Assembly: GCF_009914755.1 (NCBI RefSeq)
Contig: NC_060938.1
Reading direction: 5' to 3' (one strand)
From: the human T2T-CHM13v2.0 reference genome, Homo sapiens
DNA length: 64,000 nucleotides
Below the pieces are notes generated by a model that saw only the letters and a program-made list of their open reading frames with translations, was not told the DNA's origin and did not search any database. Position 1 is the first letter of the stretch, and each line of letters starts with the position of its first letter. A program made the translations under genes and the position numbers. Shown here one piece after another: positions 1-12,800 of the stretch.

Positions 1-128
1 TGCACATACTACAAAAAGAGTGCTTCAAAGCTGCTCTCTGAAACGGAATGTTCAACTCTATGAGTTGAATGCAAACATCACAAAGACGTTTCTGAGAATG
101 CTTCTGTCTAGATTTGATATGAAGATAT

Positions 129-145
129 TCCCGTTTCCAACGAAA
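129..145 (-). promoter_or_regulatory. CENP-B box 1 (repeated in every HOR unit)
   Basis: tcccgtttccaacgaaa is the reverse complement of TTTCGTTGGAAACGGGA, matching the canonical YTTCGTTGGAARCGGGA. Confidence 0.97.
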
Positions 146-299
146 TCTTCAAATCTATCCAAATGTCCACTTGCAGATTCAACAAAAAGTGTTTTTCAGA
201 ACTGCTCTATCAAAAGAAAGATCCACCTCTGTTAGCTGAGTTCACACATCACAAAGAACTTTATGAGAATGCTTCTGTCTAGTTTTTATTTGAAGATAT

Positions 300-316
300 T
301 TCCTTTCTCACCATAG
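300..316 (+). promoter_or_regulatory. pJ-alpha box of an A-type monomer (homologues at 638-654, 980-996, 1322-1338, and in every unit)
   Basis: ttcctttctcaccatag, ttcccttttcaccgtag, tccctttatcaccatgg and ttgctttttcaccgtag resemble the pJ-alpha consensus TTCCTTTTYCACCRTAG. They occupy the position held by the CENP-B box in alternate monomers. Confidence 0.8.
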
Positions 317-466
317 AGCTGAAAGCTGTCCTAATGTTCACTTCCAGATACTACAGAAAGAGTGTTTCAAAACTGCTGTACGAAAGGGAATGTTCAACTC
401 TGTGACTTGAATGCACACATCACAAAGAAGTTTCTGAGGATGCTGCTGTCTACTTTTTATACGTAA

Positions 467-483
467 TCCCGTTTCCAACGAAA
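467..483 (-). promoter_or_regulatory. CENP-B box 2 (repeated in every HOR unit)
   Basis: tcccgtttccaacgaaa is intact and lies next to the 4-bp-shortened segment ctactttttatacgtaa. Confidence 0.96.
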
Positions 484-808
484 TCCTCCAAGCTATCCAA
501 ATATCCACTTGCAGATTCCACAGAAAGACTGTTTCAAAACTGCTCTGTCAATAGAAAGGTTCAACTCTGTTAGCTGCATGCATATATCCCAAAGAAGATT
601 CTGAGATTGCTTCTGTCTAGTTTTTATGGGAAGATATTTCCCTTTTCACCGTAGGCGTCAAGGCGCTCCAAATGTCCACTTCCAGATACTACAAAAAGAG
701 TGTTTCAAACCTACTCTGTGAAAGGGAATATTCAACTCTGTGACTTGAATGCACATATCACAAGGAAGTTTCTGAGAATGCTTCTGTCGAGATTTTATAT
801 GAAGATAT

Positions 809-825
809 TCCCGTTTCCAACGACA
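809..825 (-). promoter_or_regulatory. CENP-B box 3 (mutated in this copy, A824C; intact in most other units)
   Basis: tcccgtttccaacgaca here versus tcccgtttccaacgaaa in U2 (2173-2189). Confidence 0.9.
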
Positions 826-1150
826 TCCTGAAATCTATCCAAATATCCCCTTGCAGATTCTACAAAAAGAGTGTTTCAAAACTGCTCTGTAAAAAGAAAG
901 GTTCAACTCTGTTAGTTGAGTACACACATCACAAACAAGTTTCACAGAATGCTTCTTTCTAGCTTGTAGGGGAAGATATTCCCTTTATCACCATGGGCCT
1001 CCAACCGTCCGAAACATCCACTTCCATATACTACAAAAAGAGCGTTTCAAACCTGCTCTATGAAAGGCAATGTTCAACTCTGTGACTTGAATGCAGACAT
1101 CACAGAGCAGTTTCTGAGAATGCTTCTGTCTAGATTTTATAGGAAGATAT

Positions 1151-1167
1151 TCCCGTTTCCAACGAAA
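1151..1167 (-). promoter_or_regulatory. CENP-B box 4 (repeated in every HOR unit)
   Basis: tcccgtttccaacgaaa is intact. Four box positions per unit give 188 in the window. Confidence 0.97.
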
Positions 1168-4092
1168 TCTTCACAGCTATCCAAATATCCACTTGCAGAT
1201 TCTACAAAAAGAGTGTATCAAAACTGCTCTGTCAAAAGGAAGGTTCTTCTCTGTTAGGTGAGTGCATACGTCATAAAGGAGTTTCTGAGAATGTTTCTGT
1301 CTAGTGGTTATGGGAAGATATTTGCTTTTTCACCGTAGGCCTCAGAGCGCTCCAAATATCCACTTGCACATACTACAAAAAGAGTGCCTCAAAGCTGCTC
1401 TCTGAAACGGAATGTTCAACTCTATGAGTTGAATGCAAACATCGCAAAGACGTTTCTGAGAATGCTTCTGTCTAGATTTGATATGAAGATATTCCCGTTT
1501 CCAACGAAATCTTCAAATCTATCCAAATGTCCACTTGCAGATTCAACAAAAAGTGTTTTTCAGAACTGCTCTATCAAAAGAAAGATCCACCTCTGTTAGC
1601 TGAGTTCACACATCACAAACAAGTTTATGAGAATGCTTCTGTCTAGTTTTTATTTGAAGATATTTCCTTTCTCACCATAGAGCTGAAAGCTGTCCTAATG
1701 TTCACTTCCAGATACTACAGAAAGAGTGTTTCAAAACTGCTGTACGAAAGGGAATGTTCAACTATGTGACTTGAATGCACACATCACAAAGAAGTTTCTG
1801 AGGATGCTGCTGTCTACTTTTTATACGTAATCCCGTTTCCAACGAAATCCTCCAAGCTATCCAAATATCCACTTGCAGATTCCACAGAAAGACTGTTTCA
1901 AAACTGCTCTGTCAATAGAAAGGTTCAACTCTGTTAGCTGCGTGCATATATCCCAAAGAAGATTCTGAGATTGCTTCTGTCTAGTTTTTATGGGAAGATA
2001 TTTCCCTTTTCACCGTAGGCGTCAAGGCGCTCCAAATGTCCACTTCCAGATACTACAAAAAGAGTGTTTCAAACCTACTCTGTGAAAGGGAATATTCAAC
2101 TCTGTGACTTGAATGCACATATCACAAAGAAGTTTCTGAGAATGCTTCTGTCGAGATTTTATATGAAGATATTCCCGTTTCCAACGAAATGCTGAAATCT
2201 ATCCAAATATCCCCTCGCAGATTCTACAAAAAGAGTGTTTCAAAACTGCTCTGTGAAAAGAAAGGTTCAACTCTGTTAGTTGAGTACACACATCACAAAC
2301 AAGTTTCACAGAATGCTTCTTTCTAGCTTGTAGGGGAAGATATTCCCTTTATCACCATGGGCCTCCAACCGTCCGAAACATCCACTTCCATATACTACAA
2401 AAAGAGCGTTTCAAACCTGCTCTATGAAAGGCAATGTTCAACTCTGTGACTTGAATGCAGACATCACAGAGCAGTTTCTGAGAATGCTTCTGTCTAGATT
2501 TTATAGGAAGATATTCCCGTTTCCAACGAAATCTTCACAGCTATCCAAATATCCACTTGCAGATTCTACAAAAAGAGTGTATCAAAACTGCTCTGTCAAA
2601 AGGAAGGTTCTTCTCTGTTAGGTGAGTGCATACGTCATAAAGGAGTTTCTGAGAATGTTTCTGTCTAGTGGTTATGGGAAGATATTTGCTTTTTCACCGT
2701 AGGCCTCAGAGCGCTCCAAATATCCACTTGCACATACTACAAAAAGAGTGCTTCAAAGCTGCTCTCTGAAACGGAATGTTCAACTCTATGAGTTGAATGC
2801 AAACATCACAAAGACGTTTCTGAGAATGCTTCTGTCTAGATTTGATATGAAGATATTCCCGTTTCCAACGAAATCTTCAAATCTATCCAAATGTCCACTT
2901 GCAGATTCAACAAAAAGTGTTTTTCAGAACTGCTCTATCAAAAGAAAGATCCACCTCTGTTAGCTGAGTTCACACATCACAAACAAGTTTATGAGAATGC
3001 TTCTGTCTAGTTTTTATTTGAAGATATTTCCTTTCTCACCATAGAGCTGAAAGCTGTCCTAATGTTCACTTCCAGATACTACAGAAAGAGTGTTTCAAAA
3101 CTGCTGTACGAAAGGGAATGTTCAACTCTGTGACTTGAATGCACACATCACAAAGAAGTTTCTGAGGATGCTGCTGTCTACTTTTTATACGTAATCCCGT
3201 TTCCAACGAAATCCTCCAAGCTATCCAAATATCCACTTGCAGATTCCACAGAAAGACTGTTTCAAAACTGCTCTGTCAATAGAAAGGTTCAACTCTGTTA
3301 GCTGCATGCATATATCCCAAAGAAGATTCTGAGATTGCTTCTGTCTAGTTTTTATGGGAAGATATTTCCCTTTTCACCGTAGGCGTCAAGGCGCTCCAAA
3401 TGTCCACTTCCAGATACTACAAAAAGAGTGTTTCAAACCTACTCTGTGAAAGGGAATATTCAACTCTGTGACTTGAATGCACATATCACAAGGAAGTTTC
3501 TGAGAATGCTTCTGTCGAGATTTTATATGAAGATATTCCCGTTTCCAACGAAATCCTGAAATCTATCCAAATATCCCCTTGCAGATTCTACAAAAAGAGT
3601 GTTTCAAAACTGCTCTGTAAAAAGAAAGGTTCAACTCTGTTAGTTGAGTACACACATCACAAACAAGTTTCACAGAATGCTTCTTTCTAGCTTGTAGGGG
3701 AAGATATTCCCTTTATCACCATGGGCCTCCAACCGTCCGATAAGTCCACTTCCATATACTACAAAAAGAGCGTTTCAAACCTGCTCTATGAAAGGCAATG
3801 TTCAACTCTGTGACTTGAATGCAGACATCACAGAGCAGTTTCTGAGAATGCTTCTGTCTAGATTTTATAGGAAGATATTCCCGTTTCCAACGAAATCTTC
3901 ACAGCTATCCAAATATCCACTTGCAGATTCTACAAAAAGAGTGTATCAAAACTGCTCTGTCAAAAGGAAGGTTCTTTTCTGTTAGGTGAGTGCATACGTC
4001 ATAAAGGAGTTTCTGAGAATGTTTCTGTCTAGTGGTTATGGGAAGATATTTGCTTTTTCACCGTAGGCCTCAGAGCGCTCCAAGTATCCACT

Positions 4093-6818
4093 TGCACATA
4101 CTACAAAAAGAGTGCCTCAAAGCTGCTCTCTGAAACGGAATGTTCAACTCTATGAGTTGAATGCAAACATCGCAAAGACGTTTCTGAGAATGCTTCTGTC
4201 TAGATTTGATATGAAGATATTCCCGTTTCCAACGAAATCTTCAAATCTATCCAAATGTCCACTTGCAGATTCAACAAAAAGTGTTTTTCAGAACTGCTCT
4301 ATCAAAAGAAAGATCCACCTCTGTTAGCTGAGTTCACACATCACAAACAAGTTTATGAGAATGCTTCTGTCTAGTTTTTATTTGAAGATATTTCCTTTCT
4401 CACCATAGAGCTGAAAGCTGTCCTAATGTTCACTTCCAGATACTACAGAAAGAGTGTTTCAAAACTGCTGTACGAAAGGGAATGTTCAACTCTGTGACTT
4501 GAATGCACACATCACAAAGAAGTTTCTGAGGATGCTGCTGTCTACTTTTTATACGTAATCCCGTTTCCAACGAAATCCTCCAAGCTATCCAAATATCCAC
4601 TTGCAGATTCCACAGAAAGACTGTTTCAAAACTGCTCTGTCAATAGAAAGGTTCAACTCTGTTAGCTGCGTGCATATATCCCAAAGAAGATTCTGAGATT
4701 GCTTCTGTCTAGTTTTTATGGGAAGATATTTCCCTTTTCACCGTAGGCGTCAAGGCGCTCCAAATGTCCACTTCCAGATACTACAAAAAGAGTGTTTCAA
4801 ACCTACTCTGTGAAAGGGAATATTCAACTCTGTGACTTGAATGCACATATCACAAAGAAGTTTCTGAGAATGCTTCTGTCGAGATTTTATATGAAGATAT
4901 TCCCGTTTCCAACGAAATGCTGAAATCTATCCAAATATCCCCTCGCAGATTCTACAAAAAGAGTGTTTCAAAACTGCTCTGTGAAAAGAAAGGTTCAACT
5001 CTGTTAGTTGAGTACACACATCACAAACAAGTTTCACAGAATGCTTCTTTCTAGCTTGTAGGGGAAGATATTCCCTTTATCACCATGGGCCTCCAACCGT
5101 CCGAAACATCCACTTCCATATACTACAAATGAGCGTTTCAAACCTGCTCTATGAAAGGCAATGTTCAACTCTGTGACTTGAATGCAGACATCACAGAGCA
5201 GTTTCTGAGAATGCTTCTGTCTAGATTTTATAGGAAGATATTCCCGTTTCCAACGAAATCTTCACAGCTATCCAAATATCCACTTGCAGATTCTACAAAA
5301 AGAGTGTATCAAAACTGCTCTGTCAAAAGGAAGGTTCTTCTCTGTTAGGTGAGTGCATACGTCATAAAGGAGTTTCTGAGAATGTTTCTGTCTAGTGGTT
5401 ATGGGAAGATATTTGCTTTTTCACCGTAGGCCTCAGAGCGCTCCAAATATCCACTTGCACATACTACAAAAAGAGTGCCTCAAAGCTGCTCTCTGAAACG
5501 GAATGTTCAACTCTATGAGTTGAATGCAAACATCGCAAAGACGTTTCTGAGAATGCTTCTGTCTAGATTTGATATGAAGATATTCCCGTTTCCAACGAAA
5601 TCTTCAAATCTATCCAAATGTCCACTTGCAGATTCAACAAAAAGTGTTTTTCAGAACTGCTCTATCAAAAGAAAGATCCACCTCTGTTAGCTGAGTTCAC
5701 ACATCACAAACAAGTTTATGAGAATGCTTCTGTCTAGTTTTTATTTGAAGATATTTCCTTTCTCACCATAGAGCTGAAAGCTGTCCTAATGTTCACTTCC
5801 AGATACTACAGAAAGAGTGTTTCAAAACTGCTGTACGAAAGGGAATGTTCAACTCTGTGACTTGAATGCACACATCACAAAGAAGTTTCTGAGGATGCTG
5901 CTGTCTACTTTTTATACGTAATCCCGTTTCCAACGAAATCCTCCAAGCTATCCAAATATCCACTTGCAGATTCCACAGAAAGACTGTTTCAAAACTGCTC
6001 TGTCAATAGAAAGGTTCAACTCTGTTAGCTGCGTGCATATATCCCAAAGAAGATTCTGAGATTGCTTCTGTCTAGTTTTTATGGGAAGATATTTCCCTTT
6101 TCACCGTAGGCGTCAAGGCGCTCCAAATGTCCACTTCCAGATACTACAAAAAGAGTGTTTCAAACCTACTCTGTGAAAGGGAATATTCAACTCTGTGACT
6201 TGAATGCACATATCACAAAGAAGTTTCTGAGAATGCTTCTGTCGAGATTTTATATGAAGATATTCCCGTTTCCAACGAAATGCTGAAATCTATCCAAATA
6301 TCCCCTCGCAGATTCTACAAAAAGAGTGTTTCAAAACTGCTCTGTGAAAAGAAAGGTTCAACTCTGTTAGTTGAGTACACACATCACAAACAAGTTTCAC
6401 AGAATGCTTCTTTCTAGCTTGTAGGGGAAGATATTCCCTTTATCACCATGGGCCTCCAACCGTCCGAAACATCCACTTCCATATACTACAAATGAGCGTT
6501 TCAAACCTGCTCTATGAAAGGCAATGTTCAACTCTGTGACTTGAATGCAGACATCACAGAGCAGTTTCTGAGAATGCTTCTGTCTAGATTTTATAGGAAG
6601 ATATTCCCGTTTCCAACGAAATCTTCACAGCTATCCAAATATCCACTTGCAGATTCTACAAAAAGAGTGTATCAAAACTGCTCTGTCAAAAGGAAGGTTC
6701 TTCTCTGTTAGGTGAGTGCATACGTCATAAAGGAGTTTCTGAGAATGTTTCTGTCTAGTGGTTATGGGAAGATATTTGCTTTTTCACCGTAGGCCTCAGA
6801 GCGCTCCAAATATCCACT
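4093..6818 (-). repeat. Two adjacent 1363-bp HOR variants (U4, U5) sharing an AA>T indel
   Basis: tactacaaatgagcg at 5130 and 6493 versus consensus tactacaaaaagagcg. ORF spacing drops to 1363 twice (4112, 5475, 6838). Confidence 0.93.
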
Positions 6819-9800
6819 TGCACATACTACAAAAAGAGTGCCTCAAAGCTGCTCTCTGAAACGGAATGTTCAACTCTATGAGTTGAATGCAAACATCACA
6901 AAGACGTTTCTGAGAATGCTTCTGTCTAGATTAGATATGAAGATATTCCCGTTTCCAACGAAATCTTCAAATCTATCCAAATGTCCACTTGCAGATTCAA
7001 CAAAAAGTGTTTTTCAGAACTGCTCTATCAAAAGAAAGATCCACCTCTGTTAGCTGAGTTCACACATCACAAACAAGTTTATGAGAATGCTTCTGTCTAG
7101 TTTTTATTTGAAGATATTTCCTTTCTCACCATAGAGCTGAAAGCTGTCCTAATGTTCACTTCCAGATACTACAGAAAGAGTGTTTCAAAACTGCTGTACG
7201 AAAGGGAATGTTCAACTCTGTGACTTGAATGCACACATCACAAAGAAGTTTCTGAGGATGCTGCTGTCTACTTTTTATACGTAATCCCGTTTCCAACGAA
7301 ATCCTCCAAGCTATCCAAATATCCACTTGCAGATTCCACAGAAAGACTGTTTCAAAACTGCTCTGTCAATAGAAAGGTTCAACTCTGTTAGCTGCGTGCA
7401 TATATCCCAAAGAAGATTCTGAGATTGCTTCTGTCTAGTTTTTATGGGAAGATATTTCCCTTTTCACCGTAGGCGTCAAGGCGCTCCAAATGTCCACTTC
7501 CAGATACTACAAAAAGAGTGTTTCAAACCTACTCTGTGAAAGGGAATATTCAACTCTGTGACTTGAATGCACATATCACAAAGAAGTTTCTGAGAATGCT
7601 TCTGTCGAGATTTTATATGAAGATATTCCCGTTTCCAACGAAATGCTGAAATCTATCCAAATATCCCCTCGCAGATTCTACAAAAAGAGTGTTTCAAAAC
7701 TGCTCTGTGAAAAGAAAGGTTCAACTCTGTTAGTTGAGTACACACATCACAAACAAGTTTCACAGAATGCTTCTTTCTAGCTTGTAGGGGAAGATATTCC
7801 CTTTATCACCATGGGCCTCCAACCGTCCGAAACATCCACTTCCATATACTACAAAAAGAGCGTTTCAAACCTGCTCTATGAAAGGCAATGTTCAACTCTG
7901 TGACTTGAATGCAGACATCACAGAGCAGTTTCTGAGAATGCTTCTGTCTAGATTTTATAGGAAGATATGCCCGTTTCCAACGAAATCTTCACAGCTATCC
8001 AAATATCCACTTGCAGATTCTACAAAAAGAGTGTATCAAAACTGCTCTGTCAAAAGGAAGGTTCTTCTCTGTTAGGTGAGTGCATACGTCATAAAGGAGT
8101 TTCTGAGAATGTTTCTGTCTAGTGGTTATGGGAAGATATTTGCTTTTTCACCGTAGGCCTCAGAGCGCTCCAAATATCCACTTGCACATACTACAAAAAG
8201 AGTGCCTCAAAGCTGCTCTCTGAAACGGAATGTTCAACTCTATGAGTTGAATGCAAACATCACAAAGACGTTTCTGAGAATGCTTCTGTCTAGATTTGAT
8301 ATGAAGATATTCCCGTTTCCAACGAAATCTTCAAATCTATCCAAATGTCCACTTGCAGATTCAACAAAAAGTGTTTTTCAGAACTGCTCTATCAAAAGAA
8401 AGATCCACCTCTGTTAGCTGAGTTCACACATCACAAACAAGTTTATGAGAATGCTTCTGTCTAGTTTTTATTTGAAGATATTTCCTTTCTCACCATAGAG
8501 CTGAAAGCTGTCCTAATGTTCACTTCCAGATACTACAGAAAGAGTGTTTCAAAACTGCTGTACGAAAGGGAATGTTCAACTCTGTGACTTGAATGCACAC
8601 ATCACAAAGAAGTTTCTGAGGATGCTGCTGTCTACTTTTTATACGTAATCCCGTTTCCAACGAAATCCTCCAAGCTATCCAAATATCCACTTGCAGATTC
8701 CACAGAAAGACTGTTTCAAAACTGCTCTGTCAATAGAAAGGTTCAACTCTGTTAGCTGCATGCATATATCCCAAAGAAGATTCTGAGATTGCTTCTGTCT
8801 AGTTTTTATGGGAAGATATTTCCCTTTTCACCGTAGGCGTCAAGGCGCTCCAAATGTCCACTTCCAGATACTACAAAAAGAGTGTTTCAAACCTACTCTG
8901 TGAAAGGGAATATTCAACTCTGTGACTTGAATGCACATATCACAAAGAAGTTTCTGAGAATGCTTCTGTCGAGATTTTATATGAAGATATTCCCGTTTCC
9001 AACGAAATCCTGAAATCTATCCAAATATCCCCTCGCAGATTCTGCAAAAAGAGTGTTTCAAAACTGCTCTGTGAAAAGAAAGGTTCAACTCTGTTAGTTG
9101 AGTACACACATCACAAACAAGTTTCACAGAATGCTTCTTTCTAGCTTGTAGGGGAAGATATTCCCTTTATCACCATGGGCCTCCAACCGTCCGAAACATC
9201 CACTTCCATATACTACAAAAAGAGCGTTTCAAACCTGCTCTATGAAAGGCAATGTTCAACTCTGTGACTTGAATGCAGACATCACAGAGCAGTTTCTGAG
9301 AATGCTTCTGTCTAGATTTTATAGGAAGATATTCCCGTTTCCAACGAAATCTTCACAGCTATCCAAATATCCACTTGCAGATTCTACAAAAAGAGTGTAT
9401 CAAAACTGCTCTGTCAAAAGGAAGGTTCTTCTCTGTTAGGTGAGTGCATACGTCATAAAGGAGTTTCTGAGAATGTTTCTGTCTAGTGGTTATGGGAAGA
9501 TATTTGCTTTTTCACCGTAGGCCTCAGAGCGCTCCAAATATCCACTTGCACATACTACAAAAAGAGTGCCTCAAAGCTGCTCTCTGAAACGGAATGTTCA
9601 ACTCTATGAGTTGAATGCAAACATCACAAAGACGTTTCTGAGAATGCTTCTGTCTAGATTTGATATGAAGATATTCCCGTTTCCAACGAAATCTTCAAAT
9701 CTATCCAAATGTCCACTTGCAGATTCAACAAAAAGTGTTTTTCAGAACTGCTCTATCAAAAGAAAGATCCACCTCTGTTAGCTGAGTTCACACATCACAA

Positions 9801-12800
9801 ACAAGTTTATGAGAATGCTTCTGTCTAGTTTTTATTTGAAGATATTTCCTTTCTCACCATAGAGCTGAAAGCTGTCCTAATGTTCACTTCCAGATACTAC
9901 AGAAAGAGTGTTTCAAAACTGCTGTACGAAAGGGAATGTTCAACTCTGTGACTTGAATGCACACATCACAAAGAAGTTTCTGAGGATGCTGCTGTCTACT
10001 TTTTATACGTAATCCCGTTTCCAACGAAATCCTCCAAGCTATCCAAATATCCACTTGCAGATTCCACAGAAAGACTGTTTCAAAACTGCTCTGTCAATAG
10101 AAAGGTTCAACTCTGTTAGCTGCATGCATATATCCCAAAGAAGATTCTGAGATTGCTTCTGTCTAGTTTTTATGGGAAGATATTTCCCTTTTCACCGTAG
10201 GCGTCAAGGCGCTCCAAATGTCCACTTCCAGATACTACAAAAAGAGTGTTTCAAACCTACTCTGTGAAAGGGAATATTCAACTCTGTGACTTGAATGCAC
10301 ATATCACAAGGAAGTTTCTGAGAATGCTTCTGTCGAGATTTTATATGAAGATATTCCCGTTTCCAACGAAATCCTGAAATGTATCCAAATATCCCCTTGC
10401 AGATTCTACAAAAAGAGTGTTTCAAAACTGCTCTGTAAAAAGAAAGGTTCAACTCTGTTAGTTGAGTACACACATCACAAACAAGTTTCACACAATGCTT
10501 CTTTCTAGCTTGTAGGGGAAGATATTCCCTTTATCACCATGGGCCTCAAACCGTCCGAAACATCCACTTCCATATACTACAAAAAGAGCGTTTCAAACCT
10601 GCTCTATGAAAGGCAATGTTCAACTCTGTGACTTGAATGCAGACATCACAGAGCAGTTTCTGAGAATGCTTCTGTCTAGATTTTATAGGAAGATATTCCC
10701 GTTTCCAACGAAATCTTCACAGCTATCCAAATATCCACTTGCAGATTCTACAAAAAGAGTGTATCAAAACTGCTCTGTCAAAAGGAAGGTTCTTCTCTGT
10801 TAGGTGAGTGCATACGTCATAAAGGAGTTTCTGAGAATGTTTCTGTCTAGTGGTTATGGGAAGATATTTGCTTTTTCACCGTAGGCCTCAGAGCGCTCCA
10901 AATATCCACTTGCACATACTACAAAAAGAGTGCCTCAAAGCTGCTCTCTGAAACGGAATGTTCAACTCTATGAGTTGAATGCAAACATCGCAAAGACGTT
11001 TCTGAGAATGCTTCTGTCTAGATTTGATATGAAGATATTCCCGTTTCCAACGAAATCTTCAAATCTATCCAAATGTCCACTTGCAGATTCAACAAAAAGT
11101 GTTTTTCAGAACTGCTCTATCAAAAGAAAGATCCACCTCTGTTAGCTGAGTTCACACATCACAAACAAGTTTATGAGAATGCTTCTGTCTAGTTTTTATT
11201 TGAAGATATTTCCTTTCTCACCATAGAGCTGAAAGCTGTCCTAATGTTCACTTCCAGATACTACAGAAAGAGTGTTTCAAAACTGCTGTACGAAAGGGAA
11301 TGTTCAACTCTGTGACTTGAATGCACACATCACAAAGAAGTTTCTGAGGATGCTGCTGTCTACTTTTTATACGTAATCCCGTTTCCAACGAAATCCTCCA
11401 AGCTATCCAAATATCCACTTGCAGATTCCACAGAAAGACTGTTTCAAAACTGCTCTGTCAATAGAAAGGTTCAACTCTGTTAGCTGCATGCATATATCCC
11501 AAAGAAGATTCTGAGATTGCTTCTGTCTAGTTTTTATGGGAAGATATTTCCCTTTTCACCGTAGGCGTCAAGGCGCTCCAAATGTCCACTTCCAGATACT
11601 ACAAAAAGAGTGTTTCAAACCTACTCTGTGAAAGGGAATATTCAACTCTGTGACTTGAATGCACATATCACAAAGAAGTTTCTGAGAATGCTTCTGTCGA
11701 GATTTTATATGAAGATATTCCCGTTTCCAACGAAATGCTGAAATCTATCCAAATATCCCCTCGCAGATTCTACAAAAAGAGTGTTTCAAAACTGCTCTGT
11801 GAAAAGAAAGGTTCAACTCTGTTAGTTGAGTACACACATCACAAACAAGTTTCACAGAATGCTTCTTTCTAGCTTGTAGGGGAAGATATTCCCTTTATCA
11901 CCATGGGCCTCCAACCGTCCGAAACATCCACTTCCATATACTACAAAAAGAGCGTTTCAAACCTGCTCTATGAAAGGCAATGTTCAACTCTGTGACTTGA
12001 ATGCAGACATCACAGAGCAGTTTCTGAGAATGCTTCTGTCTAGATTTTATAGGAAGATATTCCCGTTTCCAACGAAATCTTCACAGCTATCCAAATATCC
12101 ACTTGCAGATTCTACAAAAAGAGTGTATCAAAACTGCTCTGTCAAAAGGAAGGTTCTTCTCTGTTAGGTGAGTGCATACGTCATAAAGGAGTTTCTGAGA
12201 ATGTTTCTGTCTAGTGGTTATGGGAAGATATTTGCTTTTTCACCGTAGGCCTCAGAGCGCTCCAAATATCCACTTGCACATACTACAAAAAGAGTGCTTC
12301 AAAGCTGCTCTCTGAAACGGAATGTTCAACTCTATGAGTTGAATGCAAACATCACAAAGACGTTTCTGAGAATGCTTCTGTCTAGATTTGATATGAAGAT
12401 ATTCCCGTTTCCAACGAAATCTTCAAATCTATCCAAATGTCCACTTGCAGATTCAACAAAAAGTGTTTTTCAGAACTGCTCTATCAAAAGAAAGATCCAC
12501 CTCTGTTAGCTGAGTTCACACATCACAATCAAGTTTATGAGAATGCTTCTGTCTAGTTTTTATTTGAAGATATTTCCTTTCTCACCATAGAGCTGAAAGC
12601 TGTCCTAATGTTCACTTCCAGATACTACAGAAAGAGTGTTTCAAAACTGCTGTACGAAAGGGAATGTTCAACTCTGTGACTTGAATGCACACATCACAAA
12701 GAAGTTTCTGAGGATGCTGCTGTCTACTTTTTATACGTAATCCCGTTTCCAACGAAATCCTCCAAGCTATCCAAATATCCACTTGCAGATTCCACAGAAA

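Larger units (their letters stand above)
1..1364 (-). repeat. One representative HOR unit (U1): 8 monomers, 7x171 + 1x167 bp, alternating B and A types
   Basis: Homologous box positions are 129, 300, 467, 638, 809, 980, 1151, 1322 and then 1493. The spacings are 171, 167, 171, 171, 171, 171, 171, 171, summing to 1364. Confidence 0.95.

Noticed and set aside
1254-1263. Splice-donor-like aggtgagt in every unit
   Set aside because: It is a short motif within a diverged monomer (tagttgagt/tagctgagt in sister monomers) with no exon context.
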